Shown: positions 8,895-17,045, counted from the stretch's first letter. The stretch is DNA of 31,468 bases from Desulfatibacillaceae bacterium (GCA_030018745.1 JASEHB010000001.1:1-31468), one strand, 5' to 3'. Notes: generated by a model not told the origin, from the letters alone. Numbers and translations are program-made.

Positions 8895-9048
8895 ATTTTT
8901 TTGCTTTGCTTTTTGGTGTTTATGATTCTTTTGCCCACAGCCTTATCCCTAAAGATGGCAACATAGTATATTCCCTTGAGTTGGTAAACGGATATTCGGG
9001 TTGTTGCACAAAAAAAGCCTCCAATTCATTTTGGCGGGCAGCAAAAAA

Positions 9049-10503
9049 TCATTCCGGCACAAAGCGGCTTTTTACCTTGTGTTTGCGCAACAGCTCGTAG
9101 AGCCTTGGCACCGAAAGCCCGGAAATGTCCGAAGCCTCGCGCACATTGCCGTCCGCCTGGCTCATCAGGGACACAAGGTATTTGCGCTCTGCTTCCCCAA
9201 GCACATCCCTGCGAAAGCGCTTCCAGGGCTTGACGGGCTTTGTCGGCTCTTCACTGGCCACAGCGGAAAGGGCTGCATCTTCAACAGGCTCCGGTACATT
9301 TTTTAAGCCCGTGCGCACTGCATGAACCCGTATGTATTCGGGCAAATGCCGCCCAAAGAGAATGGATTCATCGCGGGCAAGGGCAAAAACGCCGTCCAGC
9401 GTATGAAAAAGCTCCCGCACATTGCCCGGCCAGGGATAGGTTTCCAGAACCTTGATAAAGCTTGCGGAAAGCTCCTTTTCTTCCACCTTGTATTCAGCGC
9501 ACCTGCGCAGCAGGTGATGGCGGGCCAGGGGGGCAATGTCCTCAATGCGCTCGCGCAGAGGCGGAATTCTTATGGTAACGCTGCGTAGCCGGAAAAGGAG
9601 ATCCTCCCGGAAAAGCCCTCCCTTTACAAGCTCGTCCAGGTCCTTGTTGGTGGCCGAGACAAGCCGAAAATCGCTGGACACCTCCGTAAGATCTCCCACA
9701 GGCCTGAATCGCCGGTTTTCAAGAACCCGCAGAAAGGCTTTTTGCACGGCTAAAGGCAACTCCCCCACCTCGTCCAGAAACAGGGTTCCACCGTCTGCGT
9801 GCTTTATAAGCCCGGTTTCAGAGCGGTGGGCGTTGGTGAAGGCCCCTCTGTTATGCCCCATGAGGATGCTTTCTGCCAAGTTGTCCGGCAGCGAGCTGCA
9901 ATCTACAACCACAAAGAGCCGGTCAGCTCGCTTGCTGTTCTCGTGGATTGCCCTTGCAAGAAGCTCCTTGCCTGTTCCGGATTCGCCGGTGACAAGAACA
10001 TTGGCCTCGTTGGCCGCACATTGGGCTGCTATGCTCAAGCAGCTTTGCAGGGCCAAGCTCTCTCCCACAATGGCAGGCCGTGCAAAACCGGCAAGGGGGT
10101 CGCGCAGAGTTTTCTGGGCGCGGTACTGAAGGGTGTTTTCCAGGGCCTGGTCCAGAGCGCTCAAGGATACCGGCTTTTGCAGGTAATCCCAGGCATTGGC
10201 CTTAATGGCCTCCTCTGCACCCTGAACATCTGCATATCCTGTCATAACAATCACTTCGGGCGCGCCACGGCTTTTTTTGATGGCCGAAAGGTAATCCAGC
10301 CCGCTGCCATCAGGAAGGCGCACATCCAAGAACACCACATCAAAAGCCTCCTGACCGGCCTTTTCCAGGGCATTATCCAGAGTGTGGGCGCAGGCAACCA
10401 GATGACCCGCATCTACAAAGACCCGTGTCAGGGAATCGCAGATTTCAATGTCATCATCCACGATAAGCAGCTTGGCAGCCAGCGTTTTCTTGATGTTTTC
10501 CAT
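9049..10503 (-). CDS. sigma54-dependent response regulator (REC-AAA+-Fis HTH, NtrC family)
   Basis: Start reassigned to ATG 10503 (SD GAGGGA); 484 aa. REC LIVDDD/FLDVRLPD, Walker A GESGTGKE, GAFTNA loop, Walker B LFLDEVGEL, FREDLLFRL, WPGNVREL, C-terminal HTH. Confidence 0.95.
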   Translation of the reverse strand: MENIKKTLAAKLLIVDDDIEICDSLTRVFVDAGHLVACAHTLDNALEKAGQEAFDVVFLDVRLPDGSGLDYLSAIKKSRGAPEVIVMTGYADVQGAEEAIKANAWDYLQKPVSLSALDQALENTLQYRAQKTLRDPLAGFARPAIVGESLALQSCLSIAAQCAANEANVLVTGESGTGKELLARAIHENSKRADRLFVVVDCSSLPDNLAESILMGHNRGAFTNAHRSETGLIKHADGGTLFLDEVGELPLAVQKAFLRVLENRRFRPVGDLTEVSSDFRLVSATNKDLDELVKGGLFREDLLFRLRSVTIRIPPLRERIEDIAPLARHHLLRRCAEYKVEEKELSASFIKVLETYPWPGNVRELFHTLDGVFALARDESILFGRHLPEYIRVHAVRTGLKNVPEPVEDAALSAVASEEPTKPVKPWKRFRRDVLGEAERKYLVSLMSQADGNVREASDISGLSVPRLYELLRKHKVKSRFVPE

Positions 10504-10528
10504 GGCAAATCCCTCAAAAAATAGGTGG

Positions 10529-13249
10529 TCAAATGGCCGGCTTTTGCAGCTCTTTGCTTTGGCCGGTATCATACTCCGGTGTGGCGGCCCGGCGTTTGGC
10601 TTTGGGGGCAACCTTTAAAATTTCTTTTGCAATCTCTGCGGCAGTAACGGGTTTTCGCACAACGCTTTTGATGTTTGGCAGGCGCTCAATTTGCTCCAGG
10701 GCGTTTTCCGAAAAGCCAGAACACAAAATCACGGGTAGATCCGGGCGGATGTCATTGATGATTTTTGCAAGCTCAAGGCCGTTCATGTCCGGCATTCGCA
10801 TATCCAGAACAACTGCATCAAAAAAGGAGGGCGCCTTTTTAATTTTTTCCAGGGCGCTGCCTGCAGAAAGCTCGACAAAGGACCTATAACCAAGGTCGTC
10901 AAGCCCTGCGGCAATGGCATTGGCAAGAATGGGCTGATCATCCACAACAAGAACCTGCAAGGGGCGTCCCAGAGATTCCTGTAAGGCATTCCGGTCAAGG
11001 GCCTCCTGCTGGGCAGATGTCTGGCTTGCAGGAATCCACACATCAAAAATGGTTCCCGATCCAATGCGGCTCTGTACCCGCAGGAAGCCGCCAAGTTCAA
11101 GCACTATGCCATGCACCACGGAAAGGCCAAGCCCTGTGCCTTCCCCTATTTTGCGGGTGGTGAAAAAAGGCTCGTAGATGCGCTCCAGAACATGGTGGCT
11201 CATTCCGCAACCAGTATCCTTCACGGAAAGGACCACAAACTCTGAATTATCAGGCAGATGAGAATAATCCTCATCTGCTTCTGCAAGTTTTGCGTTTTCC
11301 AGAAAAACACGCAAATCTCCACCCTTTGGCATGGCCTGAATGGCGTTTGTGCAGAGATTTAAAAGTATTTGCTGGATTTGGTAGGGCGTTGCCCGAACAG
11401 TATCATTTTCCGCATTTATTGAGACAGTTACGGAAATGTTCTCCGGGCATGATGCACGGACAAGTTTGATGGTTTCCTTTACAACGGGTGAAAGGGAAAA
11501 ATTTTCCGGAGTGTGAACGCCGGAGCGGCTGAAGGCAAGAAGCTGTCCGACCAGGTCTTTGGCCCTTTGAGAAGATTCCAGAGCTTTTTCAAGGGCCTGG
11601 CGCAGTTGGGGCGAATCGGCGGACTTTTTTATGCCGTACTCAATGTTTAGCATTATGCTCATGAGTATATTGTTGAAATCGTGGGCAACACCGCCTGCCA
11701 GGGTGCCAACGGCTTCAATTTTCTGCATGGCAAAGCCCCGCCGGGCCAGCTCCACTTCGCGGGTGACATCGCGCACTGCGGCGATTATGCTTTTTATCCG
11801 CCCCACATCATCTGTCACCGGGCTGAAAAGAATGTCCAGCCAAAGGGCGTTGCCAAGGCTGTTTTCCATTTCGCACCGGCCCGTGTGAGCCTGCCGGGTT
11901 TTAAGCACAATTCTAAAGGCGGCCATGGGCGATATGCCCTGGCTCGGCTCCTTTTCCCAGCATTCCAGCGCCTCGGCGCAGTGTTTTCCGACAGCGCCTT
12001 CCTGCGAAAGCCCGCATTTGTCCAAAAAAGGCGCGTTGAGGTCTGTTATTATGCCGTTGGCGTCAACAATAAAGATTTCCTCTTGTATGCTTGAAAGGAT
12101 ATTGCGGAAGTAGTCCTCGCTCTTTTTAAGGGCCTGCTCGATTTTTTCCCGCTCAACAATGTCTGCCTTAAGGGCCTGGTTGGCGTCTTCCAGATGCAGG
12201 GCAGATTGGCGGATTTTCTCCACCAGGGCGTCAAAGGCATTGGAAAGGGCGCCTATTTCATCCGCGCTGCCAAGAGTGAGTGGCAGGGATGCTGTTTGAT
12301 CCCTGCCCAGCAAGTTAAGCCTTTGGGTAAGGGATCTCACAGGCAGAAGAACCGTGCGCCGGACCATTTGGTGCAAAAGCAGAAAATAAATTGCGCAGAT
12401 AATTACCGTGGCTGCCAGTGAAAGGGATGTCATGCGCAGGCCCTGCTGAAAAATATTGCGGGGAATATGCGCAGAAAGGGTAAGAACAGGTTTGCCCATA
12501 AGGCTGGGAAGCACAGTGGAGACCACAAGGGTTTCCGATGAGGACTTGGCAAAGTAGATGGGCCGGTTATTGTGAAGAATGACAGCATCTTCCGGCCCCG
12601 GTGGCCGTGGCTGGTCAAGGGAAAGGGTAAGCCTTGTCTGGATTGCCATCCGCTCAAGAAACCTGTCGTCAAGGAATATGCCCATCAGAAAGGTGCCCTT
12701 GGGCGGACCTACATTGTTGCTGTCCAGAATCGGATACACGGCCACAATCATTGGCCCGCTGGAGCTTGGATAAAGCCCTGTTTTTGCGGCATCCTTGTAG
12801 GCCTGGCCGGGTTTTGCCCGAAAGAGAAGCGGGTGTGTGCTGTGCAGCCTGCCTTCAGAAAGCTCCGGAAGGGTTAGTTGGACCTCCTCTTCCAGATCCC
12901 ATATCTGTCCCCACACCAGATTGCCATGCTCGTCATACAGGTTGAACAGGTTTATGCGGTTGTCAAAAAATGATGAGGGCACCAGATTGCTTTCAATGTA
13001 CAGGCTGTTTTTATCCTGAATGAATTCATAGGTATGGTCCCAGGCAGCCCAGTCCCAGCAGGTGAGTCCCAGGCGCTCTGCCTGGCCTTCAATTGCAAGA
13101 ATGGCCCTCTCCAGATCCTGGGCCGCCTCCTTGAACTCCAGGCCTGAAAATCCTTCAAGAATGATATAGCGGTGAAAGCCAAACAGGGAGGCAGAAAGCA
13201 GCACGAAAATAACAAGCAGCAGCAAAACCATTTTTCTTGCCACGGTCAT
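10529..13249 (-). CDS. Hybrid sensor histidine kinase (TM-CHASE4-TM-HAMP-PAS-HisKA-HATPase-REC)
   Basis: Start at ATG 13249 (SD GGAGAGG); 906 aa. CHASE4 signature DWAAWDHTYEF, H-box GGVAHDFNNIL, NLCTNAIQAM, DTGCGM, PFFTT, GTGLGL, REC VLVVDD/VLDMRMP. Confidence 0.95.
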   Translation of the reverse strand: MTVARKMVLLLLVIFVLLSASLFGFHRYIILEGFSGLEFKEAAQDLERAILAIEGQAERLGLTCWDWAAWDHTYEFIQDKNSLYIESNLVPSSFFDNRINLFNLYDEHGNLVWGQIWDLEEEVQLTLPELSEGRLHSTHPLLFRAKPGQAYKDAAKTGLYPSSSGPMIVAVYPILDSNNVGPPKGTFLMGIFLDDRFLERMAIQTRLTLSLDQPRPPGPEDAVILHNNRPIYFAKSSSETLVVSTVLPSLMGKPVLTLSAHIPRNIFQQGLRMTSLSLAATVIICAIYFLLLHQMVRRTVLLPVRSLTQRLNLLGRDQTASLPLTLGSADEIGALSNAFDALVEKIRQSALHLEDANQALKADIVEREKIEQALKKSEDYFRNILSSIQEEIFIVDANGIITDLNAPFLDKCGLSQEGAVGKHCAEALECWEKEPSQGISPMAAFRIVLKTRQAHTGRCEMENSLGNALWLDILFSPVTDDVGRIKSIIAAVRDVTREVELARRGFAMQKIEAVGTLAGGVAHDFNNILMSIMLNIEYGIKKSADSPQLRQALEKALESSQRAKDLVGQLLAFSRSGVHTPENFSLSPVVKETIKLVRASCPENISVTVSINAENDTVRATPYQIQQILLNLCTNAIQAMPKGGDLRVFLENAKLAEADEDYSHLPDNSEFVVLSVKDTGCGMSHHVLERIYEPFFTTRKIGEGTGLGLSVVHGIVLELGGFLRVQSRIGSGTIFDVWIPASQTSAQQEALDRNALQESLGRPLQVLVVDDQPILANAIAAGLDDLGYRSFVELSAGSALEKIKKAPSFFDAVVLDMRMPDMNGLELAKIINDIRPDLPVILCSGFSENALEQIERLPNIKSVVRKPVTAAEIAKEILKVAPKAKRRAATPEYDTGQSKELQKPAI

Positions 13250-13514
13250 GGCGCCTCTCCAGATAAAAACCGCTCTCAGGGCAATCGGGAAAGGGAATCT
13301 GAAGGCGCAAAAAGGCTGCTGCCAAATTTTTTCAGATGAGCCGGGCACCCGGAGCCCTTATTTTAATGTGCCAAAAAGCAGGCTTTAAAGCAATAGAAAA
13401 AATAAATACACAAGCCAACTATAGCAAGAAAAGAACAATGGCTTTGAAGACAGCAGGAACTCCGGGAAGGGCTTGCCCCAGACCGGAATTTTTTTGCATC
13501 CATTTCCTTAAAAG

Positions 13515-13537
13515 GCCTTATTTGCCTTAAATAAGGC
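13515..13537. repeat. Perfect 9-bp inverted repeat, candidate operator
   Basis: GCCTTATTT-GCCTT-AAATAAGGC. Confidence 0.55.
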
Positions 13538-13615
13538 TAAAATATCCGGATAAGGCAAGTTGCCGATATGCCAAACTCATTCTTGCCCACATGGAGAAAA
13601 TTCTTTTCCCCGTCC

Positions 13616-13643
13616 AAAAAGTTATGCTAATTACATAATTTTT
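13616..13643. promoter_or_regulatory. Candidate upstream activator sequence (near-palindrome)
   Basis: AAAAAGTTATGCTAATTACATAATTTTT, core TTATG-N7-CATAA (13622-13638), centred about 130 bp upstream of the predicted sigma54 start. Confidence 0.5.
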
Positions 13644-13658
13644 AAAGCCCCATGTCAA
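13630..13658 (-). promoter_or_regulatory. sigma70 promoter for the kinase/regulator operon
   Basis: Minus strand TTGACA (13658-13653)-N17-TGTAAT (13635-13630). Confidence 0.55.
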
Positions 13659-13722
13659 GCGTTTTTATTCACCAGGGGCTTTAACCCCCCCAAACAATGG
13701 CAGAAATTTGAATGTAGAAAAT

Positions 13723-13735
13723 AATCAATTTGTTG
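13723..13735 (+). promoter_or_regulatory. IHF binding consensus
   Basis: AATCAA-TTTG-TTG exactly matches WATCAANNNNTTR, with an A-rich tract upstream. Confidence 0.55.
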
Positions 13736-13749
13736 GCACGGTTTTAGCT
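13734..13749 (+). promoter_or_regulatory. sigma54 (-24/-12) promoter
   Basis: TGGCACGGTTTTAGCT versus consensus TGGCACG-N4-TTGCW: one mismatch, correct GG-N10-GC spacing, followed by AT-rich ATATAAATATA. Confidence 0.72.
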
Positions 13750-13759
13750 ATATAAATAT

Positions 13760-13938
13760 AGCAGGCGAGGGTGGCCGGGTTGTGACAACAGCGCGTGGCA
13801 GAAACGGGTTTTAAAGCAGATTTCGGGTGTCGGCGTCACCCTTGTCTGCAAAACCTTCGGCATAACCCCCGTACACAGCCTGGCCCCCTCTCCCAATCGG
13901 CGCTTCTTGAATTTTCAGGAAGCCGCCGGTTTTTTTTT
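13760..13938 (+). ncRNA. Putative sigma54-dependent structured small RNA (~180 nt), family not recognised
   Basis: Bounded by the -24/-12 promoter and an intrinsic terminator. Closing stem 13767-13786 / 13871-13890; apical stems 13807-13829 / 13837-13855. No ORF with an SD. Confidence 0.62.
13898..13938 (+). terminator. Rho-independent terminator
   Basis: CGGCGCTTCTTGA-ATTT-TCAGGAAGCCGCCG followed by G and T9. Confidence 0.85.
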
Positions 13939-14078
13939 GCGTTTGTGATGGATGTATTTAATGCATGGCCAAACTTGGCGACAGCGGTGCTGAAAAAATC
14001 CTGAAACAGTTTTTTTGCTTTTGGGGCAATGGCAGAACTTGAATTGTGATTGCAGAACCAAAATTTGGTTGGGGAAGG

Positions 14079-14762
14079 CTATTTTTTAATGGCATCCAGC
14101 ATGAGGCCGGGCAGGCCGGGAACGCGGCTCACCCGGACTTTTTTCAGTGGGAGTTTTTTGGCAAGCTCGCGCATCTCCTCCATATCCAGGGAGGGGCCTG
14201 CCACCTTTACCAGGTAGAAGATGCGGAAGATGGGCTTTGCAAAAAAAGGCAGGGGGGTTTTTTGGGCCAGGTAGGCCACATCTTCAAGGCGGCAGCCCCT
14301 GTCCGCCTCCACCACCAGAAGCCTTGAGCCGGGTTTTAACACCCGCACGCATTCAACAAGGCCCTTTAGCCTGTCGGGCCAGTGTTTTATGCAGCCAATG
14401 CTCACCACAAGGTCAAACTCATTGTCCGGCAGGGGCATATCCAGGGCAGATGCGGTTATGGCGCTCATTCTGGAGCCATAAGGCGCAAGGCGCTTTTTTG
14501 CGCGGCGAATCTGGTCGCTGGAGAGATCCACGCCAAGGCCCCTTGCGTTGGGCCGCCTTTTTGCGATGTATTCCAAAAGCTGGCCGCCGCCGCAGCCCAC
14601 ATCCAGCACAAAGGCGTCATCCATGCCGTCCATTAAGCCCAAAGCCTGCTCAAAATGGCTGTAAAAACCGGCCACGGTCGGGGCGATGAAGTGGTCGTAA
14701 AACTTTGACTCCAGACGGGTATAGGGCTTTGTTGAGTCTTTGACCATGCTGAACAGGCTCAT
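14079..14762 (-). CDS. Class I SAM-dependent methyltransferase (UbiE/Methyltransf_11-like)
   Basis: Start at ATG 14762 (SD GGAGG); 227 aa. VLDVGCGGG, GVDLS, ALDMPLPDNEFDLVVS, RVLKPGSRL. Confidence 0.9.
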   Translation of the reverse strand: MSLFSMVKDSTKPYTRLESKFYDHFIAPTVAGFYSHFEQALGLMDGMDDAFVLDVGCGGGQLLEYIAKRRPNARGLGVDLSSDQIRRAKKRLAPYGSRMSAITASALDMPLPDNEFDLVVSIGCIKHWPDRLKGLVECVRVLKPGSRLLVVEADRGCRLEDVAYLAQKTPLPFFAKPIFRIFYLVKVAGPSLDMEEMRELAKKLPLKKVRVSRVPGLPGLMLDAIKK

Positions 14763-14795
14763 GGCAGACCTCCATTTGGGGAGGGGGTTTTTCAA

Positions 14796-15722
14796 TCAGG
14801 TTGTCTCAAGGGAGCCTATAAAGTCGCTGATTTTTTCGATTTTGTTGTCCGTACAGAATGCCCTTATTCCCTCAACTATGTCAATACACGCGGTTGGGTT
14901 TACAAAGTTGGCGGTTCCCACCTGTATGGCGCTTGCGCCCACAAGCAGGTATTCCAGGGCATCCCTGGCGCTGCTTATGCCCCCAAGGCCTATAACGGGA
15001 ATCCCCACAGCCCCTGCTGTCTGCCACACCATGCGAAGGCCAACCGGCTTTATGGCCGGGCCGGAAAGCCCGCCGGTTATGTTGTGCAGCACCGGCCTGC
15101 GGCGGTCTATGTCCACTGCCATGCCGGTAAGGGTGTTTATAAGGCTCACGGCATCCGCGCCGGCGTCCTCCACGGCTTTTGCAATTTCTACAATGCTTGT
15201 CACATTGGGCGACAGCTTGGCAATGACGGGTTTGCCGGTGTTTTGGCGGACACCCTTCACCACTGCATGGGCTTGGCTTGGGTCTGTGCCGAATACAACA
15301 CCGCCCGCCTTTACATTGGGGCAGGAGATGTTTACCTCCAGAGCCGCCACGCCATCTTCGCTGTCCAGGCGGCTGGCAATCTCTGCATACTCCTGCCGGG
15401 TTTTACCGTAAATGTTGGCGATAACAGGGGTATTGAAGGTTTTAAGAAGCGGCAGCTTGTCAGCGACAAAGGCCTCCACCCCTATGTTTTCCAGGCCGAT
15501 GGCATTTAGCATTCCGCAGGGGGTTTCAACAATCCGCACGGGCGGATTGCCCGAAGAAGGCAACAGGGACAGGCCCTTTACAACTATGGCCCCAAGCAGG
15601 CTCAAATCCAAAAGGGGCGAAAACTCCAGGCCGTAGCCGAATGTGCCCGAAGCACTCATGACAGGGTTTTTTAACATCAGCCCCCTGCCGATGGTCACGC
15701 CAAGATCCGGTTGCCGGTTCAT
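14796..15722 (-). CDS. pyrD: Dihydroorotate dehydrogenase, family 1 catalytic subunit
   Basis: ASGTFG, NAIGLEN, NISCPNV (catalytic Cys), [19 protein letters not shown]. Start at ATG 15722; 308 aa. Confidence 0.95.
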   Translation of the reverse strand: MNRQPDLGVTIGRGLMLKNPVMSASGTFGYGLEFSPLLDLSLLGAIVVKGLSLLPSSGNPPVRIVETPCGMLNAIGLENIGVEAFVADKLPLLKTFNTPVIANIYGKTRQEYAEIASRLDSEDGVAALEVNISCPNVKAGGVVFGTDPSQAHAVVKGVRQNTGKPVIAKLSPNVTSIVEIAKAVEDAGADAVSLINTLTGMAVDIDRRRPVLHNITGGLSGPAIKPVGLRMVWQTAGAVGIPVIGLGGISSARDALEYLLVGASAIQVGTANFVNPTACIDIVEGIRAFCTDNKIEKISDFIGSLETT

Positions 15723-15776
15723 GGGCTGTTTCCTTAAAAAGGCGATCAATAAATAAGGCCGGGCAAAGGCTTTTCT

Positions 15777-16703
15777 TCAGCAGGCATCAGCTTGGTTTTG
15801 CGCGGCGAGCCGTTTGTGGATTGCAGCCACCCTGGCCTTTAAATTGAGAAGATAGGCAGGTTCAGGCTGCTTGGGGTCGGGCTTGGGGTCGTACTCTGTG
15901 GCCCGGACAAGGGCCATGACCCTGTCCATATCCCCGTGCTCCTCATTTAACAGGCGCTCCACCTCATCCTTGAAAGCAGCGCACTGGCTCATGGCCTGTT
16001 TTATGTATCCGGCTGCATCCGGCCCGGCTATCACCCCCCCGTGGCCCACACAAATCAGGTCCAGGTCAAGCATCGCAAGCTTTTCAAGGGAAGCCCGGTA
16101 CATATCATAATCCACAAGAAAATCCGCGTAAATATAGCCCGTGACATCAGGTATGCCCGCAGCCTCGGAGCTTATAAGCGCCTTGATCTGGGGCAGATGG
16201 AAACTTATGCAGTCCCTTGTGTGGCCGGGGGTTTCAATAACCCTCACAGAAAGGCGGCTGGAAATTTCAAACTCAAAACCCTGGCGCAGAATCCTGTCCA
16301 CCCGGTATGGGGCAAAGTCAATGTCCTGGGCGTCAAGGCCCCATATCTGCTTCATCATGACATAGGCCACCCGGCTCAACTGGCTTATAACCTCAACCGC
16401 GCCGGGCCTTTCCATCACCCTGGCAGCACCGGGTGCGGCCCCCACTGCCAGGCCCTCAATGTGCTGCTGGAGATAGCCCGCTGCCCCGCAGTGGTCGTAG
16501 TGTGAATGGGTGAGCCAAAGCTCTTTTAAGGGCCGGTTACCCAGAACGCCCGAAATGGCATCCGCATAAAAAGGCCCCAGGCAGGCAAAACCCGCGTCAA
16601 AAGCCACCGGGTTGTCCCCGTCCGCCAGAAAAAGCGGTATCTCCGGGTTAAGAAGCAGGTAAAAATCTTCTGCAATTTTTCCGGTTTTCTTTTGCAGCTT
16701 CAA
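15777..16703 (-). CDS. MBL-fold metallo-hydrolase
   Basis: THSHYDHCG, TPGHT, SEAAG, CVGHG. Start uncertain: TTG 16703 chosen (AAGGGA upstream); the frame is open to 16802. Confidence 0.85.
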   Translation of the reverse strand: MKLQKKTGKIAEDFYLLLNPEIPLFLADGDNPVAFDAGFACLGPFYADAISGVLGNRPLKELWLTHSHYDHCGAAGYLQQHIEGLAVGAAPGAARVMERPGAVEVISQLSRVAYVMMKQIWGLDAQDIDFAPYRVDRILRQGFEFEISSRLSVRVIETPGHTRDCISFHLPQIKALISSEAAGIPDVTGYIYADFLVDYDMYRASLEKLAMLDLDLICVGHGGVIAGPDAAGYIKQAMSQCAAFKDEVERLLNEEHGDMDRVMALVRATEYDPKPDPKQPEPAYLLNLKARVAAIHKRLAAQNQADAC

Positions 16704-16998
16704 AATAGGGCATCCCTTTGCAGCAGTCTTGAAAACAGGCCAAAGGCCCGAAAGGCTCAAGCCCTTCATAACCGAGCAGGCCTTCCGGGTCAAGCTGTGC
16801 AAAAGGCGGCAAATTGGAGGCTGTCTTGGAGCAACTATTGGGTTGGAATGCCCGCACCTGATGATAGCAGAAAGGAGTTGCAGACCGACAAATGCGAAAG
16901 ACCATGTCCATTGGCCCTGAAGTGGCCACGCATAGCCTGTATTAATCTTGAATTGGATTATGGCAGGATGGAGGAATTGAACCCCTGGGAAAAAAACA

Positions 16999-17045
16999 GG
17001 CAGACGGCTTCTTCAGAGAAAGAGCCGTCTGAAGAGCCGTCTGCC
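16999..17045 (-). terminator. Long hairpin downstream of tRNA, probable terminator
   Basis: GGCAGACGGCTTCTTCAGA / TCTGAAGAGCCGTCTGCC form an 18-bp stem with one bulge; TGTTTTTT follows on the minus strand. Confidence 0.65.

Noticed and set aside
13760-13938. Identification as SRP RNA, CsrB/RsmZ-type RNA or a riboswitch
   Set aside because: No SRP CAGG-GNRA-AGCA motif, no repeated GGA loops, and no downstream gene for a riboswitch to control.
13795-14004. 69-aa GTG-start ORF overlapping the proposed sRNA
   Set aside because: No SD, it runs through a strong terminator and T9, and the translation is not protein-like. The RNA structure explains the region better. Ribosome profiling would settle it.
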